From the NCBI GenBank assembly GCA_963813155.1, contig CAWEYG010000002.1, forward strand, positions 32,001 through 96,000: a DNA stretch of 64,000 nt, in the 5' to 3' direction. Of this stretch, positions 20,331-32,073 are shown piece by piece (position 1 is the first letter of the stretch; every line of letters starts with the position of its first letter). The stretch is from an uncultured Acidobacteriota bacterium (GTDB taxonomy: Bacteria > Acidobacteriota > Thermoanaerobaculia > UBA5066 > DATFVB01). Both the position numbers and the translations under genes were made by a program. The notes beneath the pieces were generated by a model. The model was not told the DNA's origin. It did no database searches and worked only from the letters and a program-made list of their open reading frames with translations.

Positions 20331-21690
20331 ATTCTCTCGGTATTTCGCGGCGGCGGCCGCGCTCTCGGCGGCGGTGAGGCTCGGCGCGGCGGAATTCCGC
20401 GTGCCGGTCGAGCAGTTCACTCTCGACAACGGCCTTCGAGTCGCGTTCTCGCAGGACCACGCGAGCCCGGTGGTCGCCGTCGCTTTGTACTACCACGTGG
20501 GGTCACGCGACGAGGAGAAGGGGCGCAGCGGATTCGCCCACCTTTTCGAACACATGATGTTTCAGGGCTCGGCCCACGTGAAAAAGGCCGAGATCAACTC
20601 CCTCGTCGAAAACAACGGCGGGATCCTGAACGGGTCCACCCACGCCGAGTACACGAACTATTTCGAGATGATGCCCTCCGACCGGCTCGAGCTCGCGCTG
20701 TGGCTCGAGGCGGACCGGATGCGCTCCCTCGCGGTGACCGCCGAGAATCTCAAGAACCAGCAGGAAGTCGTGAAGGAGGAAAAACGCCTCCGGATCGACA
20801 ACCAGCCGTACGTGCCGTCCTTCCTCGAAATGGACGAAATGCTCTTCCGCAACTGGTCCAACGCCCACTCGGCGATCGGCTCGATGGAGGACCTCGACGC
20901 GGCGAAGCTCGAGGACGTGCAGAACTTCTTCCGGATCCACTACGCGCCGAACAACGCCGTCCTCGTCATCGCGGGCGATTTCGAGCCGAAGCAGGCGCGT
21001 GCGTGGGTCGAAAAGCACTTCGGGCCCATTCCCCGGCAGGCGGCGCCCGCCCGCCCCGACCTCGCGGATCCCGACGGCGCCGCGACCGCGGAACGAACGA
21101 CGCAGGACAAGCTCGCGAAGGTCCCGGCTGTGCTGATCGGCTGGAAGGTCCCGGGCAAGCTCGATCGTTCCGCGGCGGCGATCGACCTTCTCTCGAATCT
21201 CCTCGGCGACGGCGAGTCGTCGATGCTCTACCAGACGCTCGTCAAGCAGAAGCAGATCGCGGTTTCGGCGCGCGCCGGCTACGACGAGAGCGCCGGGCCG
21301 TCTACGTTCACGGCGTTCGTCGTCGAGAGGCCGGGGACGGACGCAAAGAAGACGGTCGCGGAAGTCGAAGCCTTGATTCACCGGATCCAGGAAAAAGGCG
21401 TCACGCCGGAAGAGCTCGCCCGCGCGAGAGCCATGTACAAGTCGGAACGCTTCAGCTCCGGATTCGAGAGCCTCCAGACGCCGCTCGGCCGCGCGGAAGC
21501 GATCGGGTGGTCGGCGCTCTTCGACCCGGACGGCGCCGAAGGGGTCAACAGCGACGTCGCGCGCTACGACGCGGTCGTGCCCGCCGACATCCAGGAGGCG
21601 GCGCGAAAATCCTTCGTGTTGGCGAACCGATCGGTCATCGAAATCGTTCCGGCCGCGAAAGCAGCGGCCGCTCCCGGAGGTGCAAAATGA
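20323..21690 (+). CDS. M16 (pitrilysin/PqqL-like) zinc peptidase, catalytic subunit
   Basis: Signal peptide; inverted HLFEH (HxxEH) motif; YAPNNAVL. Confidence 0.9.
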   Translation: MARFSRYFAAAAALSAAVRLGAAEFRVPVEQFTLDNGLRVAFSQDHASPVVAVALYYHVGSRDEEKGRSGFAHLFEHMMFQGSAHVKKAEINSLVENNGGILNGSTHAEYTNYFEMMPSDRLELALWLEADRMRSLAVTAENLKNQQEVVKEEKRLRIDNQPYVPSFLEMDEMLFRNWSNAHSAIGSMEDLDAAKLEDVQNFFRIHYAPNNAVLVIAGDFEPKQARAWVEKHFGPIPRQAAPARPDLADPDGAATAERTTQDKLAKVPAVLIGWKVPGKLDRSAAAIDLLSNLLGDGESSMLYQTLVKQKQIAVSARAGYDESAGPSTFTAFVVERPGTDAKKTVAEVEALIHRIQEKGVTPEELARARAMYKSERFSSGFESLQTPLGRAEAIGWSALFDPDGAEGVNSDVARYDAVVPADIQEAARKSFVLANRSVIEIVPAAKAAAAPGGAK

Positions 21691-23124
21691 AGACCGCGCT
21701 CGCCCTGCTCGTCTCGCTCTCGGCCGCTTCGGTAGGGTTCGCCGCGTCCCCCGCGCCCGACGCCGACGCGACGCCCCCGCCCGCTTCCGCGCCCCGAAGA
21801 CTCGAGCTCCCGAAAATCTCGAAGTCGCGACTCGCCAACGGCCTCGCGCTCGAAATCGTCGAAGATCACCGGATCCCTCTCGTGACGGTCCGCCTCGGCC
21901 TCCCCGCCGGATCCGTGCGAGACGCGAGCGGCGAAGAGGGAACGGCCGAAGCGGTTGCCGCGTCCCTGACGGACGGAGTTCCGGGGTTGACTTCCGCCCA
22001 GATCGCCGAAAAGGTGGCCGCGCTCGGCGCCTCGCTCGACGCTTCGGCCAGCTCGGATGCGGCCACGATTTCGGGCTCCGTGCTGTCGGAGAACTTCGAG
22101 GACGTTCTTCCGCCTCTTCTCCCGCGTCGTCGTCGAGCCCTCGTTCCCCGCGGACGAGCTCGAAATCTACCGCGACAACGCGGTTCAAAGGCTCACCCTC
22201 GCGCACACGCAGCCGGCGTTCCTGGGGCAGGAGCGCCTCTCCGCGATCCTGTTCGGCGCGCACCCCTATGCGCGGGTGGCGACGGAGACTTCCCTGAAGT
22301 CGCTGACCCGCGAACGCCTCGAGAAGTTCTATCGCGCCTGCTACAAGCCATCCGGCGCGGTCCTCGTCCTCTACGGCGACGTCACGCCCGCGGCGGCGCG
22401 CGCACTCGCCGAGAAGTCCTTCGCGGAATGGAAGGGCGCGCCCCCGGCCAGCGGGACTTTTCCGCCCCTGCCTCGCCGATCGGGCCGCACCGTCGCCCTC
22501 GTCGACCGGCCCGGCAGCGTTCAGGCGCGAATCGTGATCGGATCGGTCGCTCCGACGGAGAAGAGCCCCGTGTATTTCCCCCTCCAGCTCGCGAACAACG
22601 TTTTCGGCGGGGGAAGCGCTTCGCGCCTCTTCATGGACATCCGCGAAAAGAAGGGCTACACGTACGATCCCGACTCCTCGTTTTCGACGCGAAAACAGTA
22701 CGGAACGTTCGTCGCCGACTGCACCGTGCGCAACGACGTCGCGATCCCGGCGGTCGGGGTCTTCTTCGACTTGTTCGATTCGTCCGCGAAGACCCCTCCT
22801 TCGGCCGAGGAGCTGGACCACTCGAAAACGTTTCTGAACGGAATCTTCGCGCTGCGGCTCGCGACGCAATCCGGAGTCGCGAACCAGCTGCTCCGCATCG
22901 AGCTGTTCGGGCTCCCCGCCGACTGGCTCGAGACGTACCGGGCGAAGATCGCCAAGGTGACGCCCGCGGAAGCCGCGTCGGCAACGAAGACCTACATCGA
23001 CGCGCCGAACCCCGTTCTCGTCGTGGTCGGAGACGCGAAACTCCTGAAAGAAGGGCTCGCGAAGTACGGGAAAGTCGCCGTGTACGACACGGAAGGAAAG
23101 ACGATCGGGACCCCAAAGAAATAA
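21687..23124 (+). CDS. M16 family non-catalytic partner subunit (apparent frameshift near 22110)
   Basis: Signal peptide; LANGL, FGAHPY, SRLFMDIREKKGYTY; no HxxEH. Confidence 0.85.
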
Positions 23125-23189
23125 CGGTGTCGCGTCTCTGACAAGCCGCAAGGCGTCAGTCAGATAGCCGCGAGAAAGGGTCAGTCAGC

Positions 23190-24125
23190 ATGCGGGTACT
23201 CGTCACCGGAGGGGCCGGTTTCCTGGGGAGCCATCTCTGCGACCGGCTCCTGCGCGAGGGGCACGACGTCGTCGCGATGGACAACCTGATCACCGGAAAC
23301 ACGCGCAACATCTCGCATCTGGCGGGGAACCCGCGGTTCAAGTTCATCCACCACGACATCACGGAATACATCTACGTCGACGGAGCGCTCGACGCGATCC
23401 TCCACTTCGCTTCGCCCGCTTCGCCGATCGACTACCTGGAGCTGCCGATCCAGACGATGAAGGTCGGCGCGCTCGGAACGCACAAAGCCCTCGGCGTCGC
23501 GAAGGAAAAGAAGGCGCGAATTCTCCTCGCCTCGACTTCGGAGGTGTACGGCGACCCGCTCGTCCACCCGCAGCCCGAAACGTACTGGGGCAACGTGAAC
23601 CCGATCGGGCCGCGCGGCGTCTACGACGAGGCGAAGCGCTTCGCCGAGGCCCTCACGATGGCCTACCGGCGAAGCCACGGCGTCGACACCCGAATCGTGC
23701 GCATCTTCAACACGTACGGCCCGCGCATGCGGCCCAACGACGGCCGAGTCGTGCCGGCGCTCATCGGTCAGGCGATCGGCGGGAAGCCGATGACGGTTTT
23801 CGGCGATGGATCGCAGACCCGGTCGTTCTGCTACGTCGACGACCTGATCGACGGGATCTACCGCCTGCTCCTCTCCAACGAGCCCGATCCGACGAACGTC
23901 GGGAACCCCGCCGAGATGACGGTCCTGCAGTTCGCAAAGGTGATCCAGAAGCTGACCGGAACGAAGTCGGAGATCGTCTTCCAGTCGCTGCCGACCGACG
24001 ACCCGAAAGTCCGACAGCCGGACATCTCGAAGGCGCGGCGCGTGCTCGGCTGGGAGCCGAAAGTGCCGCTCGAGGAAGGGCTCGTCCAGACGATCGCGTA
24101 TTTCCGGGAGCTCGCGAAGAGCTAG
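23190..24125 (+). CDS. UDP-glucuronate decarboxylase (UDP-xylose synthase) family SDR
   Basis: [34 protein letters not shown]. Confidence 0.92.
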   Translation: MRVLVTGGAGFLGSHLCDRLLREGHDVVAMDNLITGNTRNISHLAGNPRFKFIHHDITEYIYVDGALDAILHFASPASPIDYLELPIQTMKVGALGTHKALGVAKEKKARILLASTSEVYGDPLVHPQPETYWGNVNPIGPRGVYDEAKRFAEALTMAYRRSHGVDTRIVRIFNTYGPRMRPNDGRVVPALIGQAIGGKPMTVFGDGSQTRSFCYVDDLIDGIYRLLLSNEPDPTNVGNPAEMTVLQFAKVIQKLTGTKSEIVFQSLPTDDPKVRQPDISKARRVLGWEPKVPLEEGLVQTIAYFRELAKS

Positions 24126-24514
24126 GCTTCGCTCGATCCGCTCGGGCTTAGCCCCAGCGCCGGTCTCGGCAAGTCTCTTCGACCCTCGGCCGCAGTTCGC
24201 TTTCCCTCGGGATCTCAGAGACCAGCCTGCGCCGGCGCGTTGGCCCGGACCCTCGCGGATCTTCGCTCAGGGATGGGGCCCCAACCCTTGAGCGAAACCG
24301 GGGCAGCGGTCGGGGCTGAAGGCGGGTCGAAGGTGCCTCGCAAGAGGAGCGTATGTTTTTTCGCTGGTACAGCCTGCACGCCAAGCAGAAGTCCTCTTGC
24401 GAAAAAACTTGCCCGAGGAGCGCGCACGGACAGATGCCACCGCCAGGCGCGCTGCGTCTCCTCGAGGGAGGCACCGAGGATCCGCCTGGGGCTGGCCGCG
24501 AATCAGGCTGAGCG
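24126..24514. repeat. Structured MITE-like intergenic element, copy A
   Basis: 24149-24209 identical to 40223-40283; 24222-24246 identical to 40407-40431; multiple nested inverted repeats. Confidence 0.8.
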
Positions 24515-25432
24515 CTACGCCTTTTCGACCCTCGTCCCGGAGATCCTGTCCGCGAGGCCGCGCCCTTCGCGGTTGAAGGCGGCCGTCAGGAACAGCAGCC
24601 CCGCCGTCGCGACGTAAAGAAGCAGGCCGAGAAGCCGCGTCAGCACGGCGCCGCTCCGCGGACTCCCCCCCTCCTCGGTCACGACGCGCAGATGGAAAAT
24701 CTTCTCTCCGAGCGTGGACCCGCTTCCCGCGAGGGTCGCAAGGAAGTAGACGCAGACCGCCGCGACCGCGACCGTTCCGCAGAAGACGAGAAGAGTCCAG
24801 AAAACCGGCTCCCCTCCCGAGTGCTCGCGAAGGCTCGAGTGCGTCACGATCCCGACGAGCGCGGGCGCAAAGCAGAGGGTCGCGATCGCGCCGGACACGA
24901 CGAGGTCGACGACGCCCGAGAGCCATCGGGAAACGACTCCCGGGACTTCTGCGACGACCGCGGTGACCCGCGACGGCATCACAGGCTCTTCCACTTCCGG
25001 CCGGATGATGACGTCTTCGGCGGATCGAGTCGGAGAGGCGGGGCGGACGAGCACTTCGGGCTCGGGCCGGATGAACTGCGTGACGCTGTGGCTCGGGCGG
25101 ACCGGGATGCTGATCATCGCGGTTTTCGCCTCCACGTCAGGAGGCGGAATCGCGACGAACGAGAGCAGCGCGCTTCCGAGCGAAACGGTGTCGCCGTTTT
25201 TCAGCGGCGTCTCCTTGCTGACCCTCCGGCCGTTGACGAACAGACCGTTCGAAGAGCCGAGGTCACGCACCTGGGCTTCTTCGCCGTGGATCGAAAGCAG
25301 AGCGTGGGAGCGGGAGACGCATTCCTCGTCGACCCGAACTCCGCAGCCCCGGCTCCTGCCGAGGACGGTGTCGCCTTCGGCCAGAGGGATCTCACGTCCG
25401 CCGTGGCGAAGCAGGAAAGTCCATTCGGGCAT
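24515..25432 (-). CDS. FHA domain plus RDD membrane domain fusion protein
   Basis: LGRSRGC...VSRSHA...DLGSSNGLFVNG FHA motifs; RWLSGVVD...STLGEKIF...GLADRISGTRV RDD motifs. Confidence 0.85.
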   Translation of the reverse strand: MPEWTFLLRHGGREIPLAEGDTVLGRSRGCGVRVDEECVSRSHALLSIHGEEAQVRDLGSSNGLFVNGRRVSKETPLKNGDTVSLGSALLSFVAIPPPDVEAKTAMISIPVRPSHSVTQFIRPEPEVLVRPASPTRSAEDVIIRPEVEEPVMPSRVTAVVAEVPGVVSRWLSGVVDLVVSGAIATLCFAPALVGIVTHSSLREHSGGEPVFWTLLVFCGTVAVAAVCVYFLATLAGSGSTLGEKIFHLRVVTEEGGSPRSGAVLTRLLGLLLYVATAGLLFLTAAFNREGRGLADRISGTRVEKA

Positions 25433-25454
25433 CTGCCTGATTTTACCGTGATTT

Positions 25455-25699
25455 GAGGGGGCTCGCTCGGCCCGTTCGGGTCCAGCCCCGGCGCGGGCTC
25501 GGCGAGCGGGTCCTGTCGCGGGACTCGCTCCTCTTTTCCGCTCGCCGCGAGCCTGAGGACTTTGCTACACCCGCGTCGCGAGCGGCAAAAGGGAGTCTCG
25601 CCCCGCGCCACCCGGCCTCTATTGCGCCAGCGCGTTGGCCCCGACCCTCATGGGCCTTCGCTCGGGGGTAGGCTGCGACCGCGGGCCGAGCGAGCCCCT
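25455..25699. repeat. Structured MITE-like intergenic element, copy C
   Basis: Terminal inverted repeats GGGGCTCGCTCGGCCCG / CGGGCCGAGCGAGCCCC; left and right modules homologous to copy A. Confidence 0.75.
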
Positions 25700-28548
25700 A
25701 CCCCGGTGCGACCGTTCCCGCGCTGCCGGCCAGCACGATCTCGCCCGCGCGCTCGGCGAGATAGCGCCCGGTCACGCTGCGGGAGAACTTCGGCAGCTCC
25801 GACGGCGGCCCCTCGGCCACGATCTCTCCCCCGCGGTCTCCGCCGCCCGGACCGAGGTCGATGACCCAGTCCGAAGCCGCGATGAAGTCGAGGTGGTGCT
25901 CGATCGCGACGACCGAGTGTCCTCGCGAGATCAGTCGGCGGAGCGTGCGGAGCAGGACCTCGACGTCGCTCGAATGGAGGCCGGTCGTCGGCTCGTCGAA
26001 GAGGAACAGGCTCCCGCGCGGGGAGGTTCTCTCCTCGAGAAAGGACGCGAGCTTCAGGCGCTGAGCCTCGCCCCCCGAAAGCGTCGCCGTCGGCTGTCCC
26101 AGCGGCAGGTACGAAAGGCCCACTTCCGCGAGCGGCGAGAGGCGCCGGACGATCTTCGGAGCGTCGGCGAAGAACGAGAGCGCTTCCGCGACCGTCATCC
26201 GGAGAATGTCGTCCACGTTCTTTCCACGGTACCGCACGCCGAGGACCTTCGGGCTGAAGCGCCGGCCGTCGCAGCGGTCGCACGTCACGACCACGTCCGC
26301 CAGGAACTGCATGTCGATCGTGAGGACGCCCGTTCCCTGGCAGGCCTCGCAGCGGCCTCCGGACGTGTTGAAGGAGAAATCGCGCGCGCCGACGCGAAAC
26401 GCCCGGGCCCTCGCGGTCTTCGCGAGCAGCGCGCGAACTTCCTCGTAGGCTTTCGTGTACGTCACCGGGTTCGACCGCGCGGAACGGCCCAGGGGGCTCT
26501 GGTCGACGAACAGGAGATCTCCGACGTTCTCGAGCCCGCGGATCTCGTCGACCTGGCCGACGTCGACGTTGGCGACCCCTTTGACCTTCCTCTGAAAGAC
26601 GTTGAAAAAGCAGTCGCGCAGAAGCGTCGACTTTCCGGAGCCCGACACGCCGGTGACGCAGACCAGGCGGCCGAGCGGAATGCGTGCCGTGACGCCCCGC
26701 AGGTTGTGCTCGCGCGCGTTGACGATCGCGACCGCGGCCTCGGCGCCCCGGCGAAACGACACGACCTGTCCGCCGGAAATCGGTCCCCGCCGGCGGCGAA
26801 TCGCCGCCGCGGTCTTGTTGTGGGGGAGCCTTCGAATGGCGGCCGGCGTTCCGGCGAAGAGCAGCTCGCCCCCGCGCGCTCCTGCCTCGGGCCCGAGATC
26901 GATCACCCGATCGGCCGCGGCAATGACGTCCGGGTCGTGCTCCACGACGACGACCGTATTGCCGCGCTGAGCCAGCTTGCGAAGGATCGCGAGGAGGAGA
27001 CCCGTGTCCCGGGGATGAAGACCGATCGTCGGCTCATCGAGAACGTACAGCGTGCTCGTCAACGCCCCTCCGAGCGCGCAGGCGAGCCCGATCCTCTGCG
27101 CCTCTCCCCCGGAGAGTGTCCGCGCGGAGCGGGACAGAGTCAGGTAATCGAGACCGACGTCGTTCAGGTACCTCAGCCGCGACCGGATCTCGCCGAACAC
27201 CGACGAGAGGCGCGCCTGCTCGGCCGCGGAGAGCTCGACGCGATCGAACCAGGCGTTGAGCTCCCCGACCGGCATCTCGCTCAGCTCGGAGATCGTCTGG
27301 CCGCGAAAGACGACGTTGGCCGCGTCGGGAGCGAGGCGGCTTCCGCCGCACGCCGAGCAGCGCGTGTACGCGCGATAGCGCGAGAGAAGGACGCGCACGT
27401 GAACCTTGTACCGCTTCGTCTCGAGCCACTCGAAGAAACCCGCGATTCCGTAGAAGTCTTTCGTGCCCCTGTCCACGACGGCCCGCTCCGCGACGGTCAA
27501 CCGCGAATACGGCACGCTCTTTCGAACGCCGGCCTTGCGGCACGCCTTGAAGAGATCGTCGTACGCCGACTCGTACGCGGGGGTGTTCCAGGGAGCGATC
27601 GGCCGTTCCTCCAGCGTGAGGTCGCGGTTGGGCACGACCTTTTCCCAGTCGATCCCGATCACGCGCCCGAATCCCTGGCACGTCGCGCACGCCCCGAGCG
27701 GGGAGTTGAACGCAAAGGTGGCCGGCGTCGGCTCGCGGAACTCGCGGCCGCAGCGCGGGCAGAAAAGGCCGCGGCGGAAGATTCTCTCCTCGATCGCCCG
27801 ACTCGGAATGGATCAGCGCTCGCAGCTCGCCGGAGAGCCGGAACGCGGCCGCGACCGCCGTCTCCATCTCCGGCCGGGCCTCCGGCGAAACGGAAAAGCG
27901 CCCCACGAGCACCGGAAGGCGGCCGTCCGCGCCGAGGAGGGCCGAAAGCGCTTTCGGATCGGAAGGAATCTCGACAGGCGCGTTTTCCGAATCGAGCGCC
28001 CGAAAGAATCCCGCCCGCGACAGCTCCGCCAGGAATCCTTCCCGCCCCCGGTCGCCTTCGTCGGGAAGGGCAACGGGAGCGGCGAGAGTCACCCGCGTGC
28101 GGGAGGGAAGCATCGCGAGCGAGTCGAGCGCGAAGTCGACGCCCCCGCGGCGGGCCGGCGTGCCGTCGTCGGGACAGATCGTCTCGCCGCCGTGGGCGAA
28201 GAGCAGCCGCAACGAGTCGGCGATCTCGGTCTGCGTGCCGACGGTGGAGCGGGCGTTCGTGACGCCGTTTTTCTGTTCGAGCGCAATGGCGGGCGGAACC
28301 GGCTCGATCGAATCGACGTCCGGCCGGTCGAGCCTCTCCAGGAACTGGCGCGCGTACGTCGACATCGATTCCGCGTAGCGCCGCTGCCCCTCCGCGTACA
28401 GCGTGTCGAACGCGAGCGACGATTTGCCGGAGCCGGAGACGCCCGTGATCACCGTGAGCTTCCCCTGCGGGATGTCCACGGAGACGTTCTTCAGGTTGTG
28501 GGTCCGGGCCCCCACGATATGGATCGCGTTGGAACGTTTCTTTGCCAA
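25698..28548 (-). CDS. uvrA: Excinuclease ABC subunit A (apparent frameshift near 27770)
   Basis: [33 protein letters not shown], two LSGGEAQR motifs, zinc-finger cysteines. Confidence 0.92.
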
Positions 28549-28557
28549 ACCCCCATT

Positions 28558-31500
28558 CTACTCGTCCTCGTCCTTCTTTTCCTTCTCCTTGCCGAACTCC
28601 GGCAGGACTTCCTTGACCGGCGAGATCGCGCCCATTCCCTTCGCTTCCATCGTCTTGTTGAACTCCGGAACGCCCTCGTCGTAGAGCGACCGGAATTTTT
28701 TCTTCGTCTCGTCGAGCTGGCGGTCGAGCAGCTCGAACACGTCGCGCTCCGGCTGGGTCGGCCCGAGGTCGGCGTTTCCGGAGACGTCGGCCGCCCCCGT
28801 CGCGGCCTCGGAGTTGAGCCACACGAACTTCAGGTAGAGGCCGAGCGGCCCCCGGAACGACTTCTGGTCCTCCTCCGCGATCGTCGGCTGAAGCAGGACC
28901 GCCTCCACGTCCTCGGCCCTCTTGCGCAGGTCTGCGACCGCCGCGAGCAGCGAGTCGTCTCCCTTCGAAGCCGAGAGCCGCCTCTTCAGCTGTTCCAGCT
29001 GGACGCGCGTCCATTCGAGCTCTCCGATCATCTCCGCCGAAACGCTCGCGTCGAGGTAGATCGAATACGCGAGCCTCGAGGCCGCCGTGATGTCGGCGGG
29101 CGTGCCGGCCGAATTCGGGTCCTTCCGGACTTCGACGGTCGTCGTGGACTCGTGGTCACCCGCCTGGAGCTTCACCGTGTACGTGCCGGGAGGCACGAGC
29201 GGCCCCCTCGTCGCGTCTTCGATGCCGTAGTAGAGCACCGGCCGGCGATCCTTCCCGACGAAACGCTTCTCCTCCCAGACGTGGGGGTTCCCTTTCGGGG
29301 TCGCGCGGAGGCGGACTTCGCGGATCGAGTCGTAGCGCAGGTCCCAGACGACCCGGTTCATGCCGGCCTCGTTGCTCCCCCGCAGCGACCGCACCTTCGC
29401 GCCGGTGGAATCGAAGATCCGGATGGCCACGAGCGGAGGCTTCGCCGCCGTTTCGTCTTCCTCGGCCGCCTTCTTCTTCTTCGGTTTCGCGACTTCCTTC
29501 TTCAGCCAGTAGCTCAGGAGAGCTCCCTCGGGCGCATTCTTGCCTTCCGCCGTCCCGGTCGGAGCGTAGGCGGGCTGAGAGACCGAACGGAAGCGATACG
29601 CCGGGACCGGCGCGAACAGGTGATCCGCCGACTCGCGGACGCTCTCGCTCCATTCCTCGAGGGGCGTCACGTCGTCCAGGATGTAGAAGCCGCGCCCGTA
29701 GGTCCCGACGACGAGATCGTGGAAACGCGGCTCGACGGTCAGCCAGTAGACGGGGGTGTGCGGCAGCTTCGCCTGCAGGGGGCGCCAGCGGCCTCCGTCG
29801 TCGAACGAGACGTACAGGCCGTTCTCCGTCCCGGCGTACAGCATCCCGTTGCGGAACGGATCTTCGCGGACGACGTGGACGTAAGAGAACGCGCTCTTCG
29901 GAATCCCCCCGCCGATCGCCTTCCAGGTCTTGCCGTAGTCGGTCGTCTTGAAGATGAACGGATTGCGGTTGTCGACCTGGTGGAGGTCGACGGAGACGTA
30001 GCAGGTCCCCTTCTCGCGGCTCGAAGGCTCGACCGATTCGACCGTTCCCTTCGCCGGGAGGATCGCCTTTCCGGGCGTGACGTTCGACCAGTGCGCGCCG
30101 CCGTCCCGCGTCACCTGCACGAGGCCGTCGTTGGTGCCCGCCCAGATCTCGCCTTTCTCCAGGGGAGACTCGGCGATCGAGAACACGACGCCCGCGTACT
30201 CGACCGAGAGGTTGTCGATCGTCAGGCCCCCCGAGTCTCCCATCATCGACGGGTCGTTCAGCGTCAGGTCGGGGCTGATCTCTTTCCAGTGCTCGCCGCC
30301 GTCGGTCGTCTCGTGGACGTGCTGGCTCCCGACGTACACGGTGTTGTGGTCGTGCGGCGAGATCGCGATCGGGAACGTCCAGTTCATCCGGTACTTCACC
30401 TGGCCGGCGTTGGCGCCCATCGTGCGCTCCGGCCAGACGGAGACCGAACGCGACATCCGCGTGCGCGCGTCGTAGCGCTCGACGACGCCGGCGTAGCAGC
30501 CTCCCCAGACGATGTTCGGATCGACCGGGTCGGGCGTGTTCCAGCCGGTTTCGCACCCGGCCGTCGTCGTCCAGAGCGCCGGCAGGATCGTGTCGCCTCC
30601 CGGGTTGCGGCTGGGCCCGCGCATCGAGCCGCCGTCCTGCATCTGCCCGTAGACGTTGTACGGAATGCGCGTGTCCGTCGCGACGTGGTACATCTGCGCG
30701 ATCGGAAGGCGGATCCAGCTCCACTTCTTTCCGCGCGTCGTCGAGATCACGACGCCGATGTCGCTGCCGATCATCATGCGGCTCGGGTTCATCGGATCGG
30801 CCCACATGTCGTGGTTGTCGCCCGCCCAGTCCACCTGGTCGGTCGTTTCGCCGCCGTCGTACGTCGCGCCCATCGAATTCGAGGGGAAGTAGATCTCGTT
30901 CGCGTTGTCGGGCATGACGAGCATTCGCGAGTAGTAGTGCGGGCGCTCGTTCAGGAGCCGGCTGTGGCTCACGAGCTTCCACTTCTTTCCGCCGTTGTCG
31001 GATCGCCAGAGGGAGCCCTTGTCTCCTGTTTCGATCAGCGCGTAGACCCGGTCGCGGTCGCTCGGGGCGACGGCCACGGCGATCTTTCCGAGAGGCGATT
31101 CGGGGAGCCCGTCGTCCTCCGTCAGGCGCTTCCACTTCGCGCCTCCGTCGTGGGTGACCCAGACGCCGCTTCCGGGGCCGCCGCTCTTTCTCCCCCACGT
31201 CTTGATGTCGATCTGCCACGTGCCCGCGAAGAGCGTGCGCGAATCCGTCGGATCCATCGTCAGGTCGGAAGCGCCCGTGTTTTCGTCGACGAAGAGCACG
31301 CGCTCCCAGTTCTTCCCGCCGTCCCGGGTCCGGTAGACGCCCCGCTCCGGCTGCGGGCCGTAGCAGGTTCCGAGCGCGGCCGCGTAAACGACGTTCGGGT
31401 CGCTCGGGTCGATGATCATGCGGCCGATGCGGCCGGTCTTTTCGAGGCCCATGTGCTTCCACGTCCGCCCGGCGTCGGTCGACTTGTACACGCCGTCCCC

Positions 31501-31960
31501 GATCGAGACGTTGCTGCGGATGAACGTCTCGCCCGTGCCGACCCACACGATCGAGTGGTCGGACGGCGCGATCGCGATCGAGCCGATCGACTGCGCCGGC
31601 ATCTCGTCGAACACCGGCTTCCATTCCGTTCCGCCGTCGATCGACTTCCAGACTCCTCCGGATGCCGCGCCCGCGTAATAGACGTTCGGGTCGCCCGGGC
31701 ACGCCGACGACGGCCGAGACGCGGTTGCCGGGAGGGCCGATGAATCGGAACTTCAACCCGGCGAACGGGCCCTTCCCCTCTTCGCCTTCTTCCTCTCCGG
31801 GCGACGGGGCCTCCGGCTTCTTGACGTCGCCAACACCCGTCCGGGGCGTCGGCTTCTCCTTTTTCTGCGCCGGTTCGTCCGCGGCGATCGCGATCGAGCC
31901 GAGGGCCATCGCGCCGAGGAGAGCCGCTCCGAGCCAGAGGATTCCCGCATTCCGCTTCAT
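28558..31960 (-). CDS. Secreted BNR/Asp-box beta-propeller protein, sortilin/GH74-like (apparent frameshift near 31697)
   Basis: Signal peptide; many S/TxDxGxxW Asp-box repeats; C-terminal FlgD-like region and helical tail. Confidence 0.85.
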
Positions 31961-32073
31961 TCGATCTCCTTCATGATTGAAAAAAGGATTCTAGCGCGGA
32001 AGTCCCGGCCCCGCGGGCGAACAGAAGCGCTTGTCCGCCGAAAAAAAGCCTCCGGCGTCGTCGCGCTCCCGCT

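Noticed and set aside
25635-31743. Very long plus-strand ORFs (875 aa, 1426 aa) and similar antisense ORFs throughout the window
   Set aside because: Shadow ORFs opposite well-supported genes, expected in high-GC DNA; Arg-rich with no motifs
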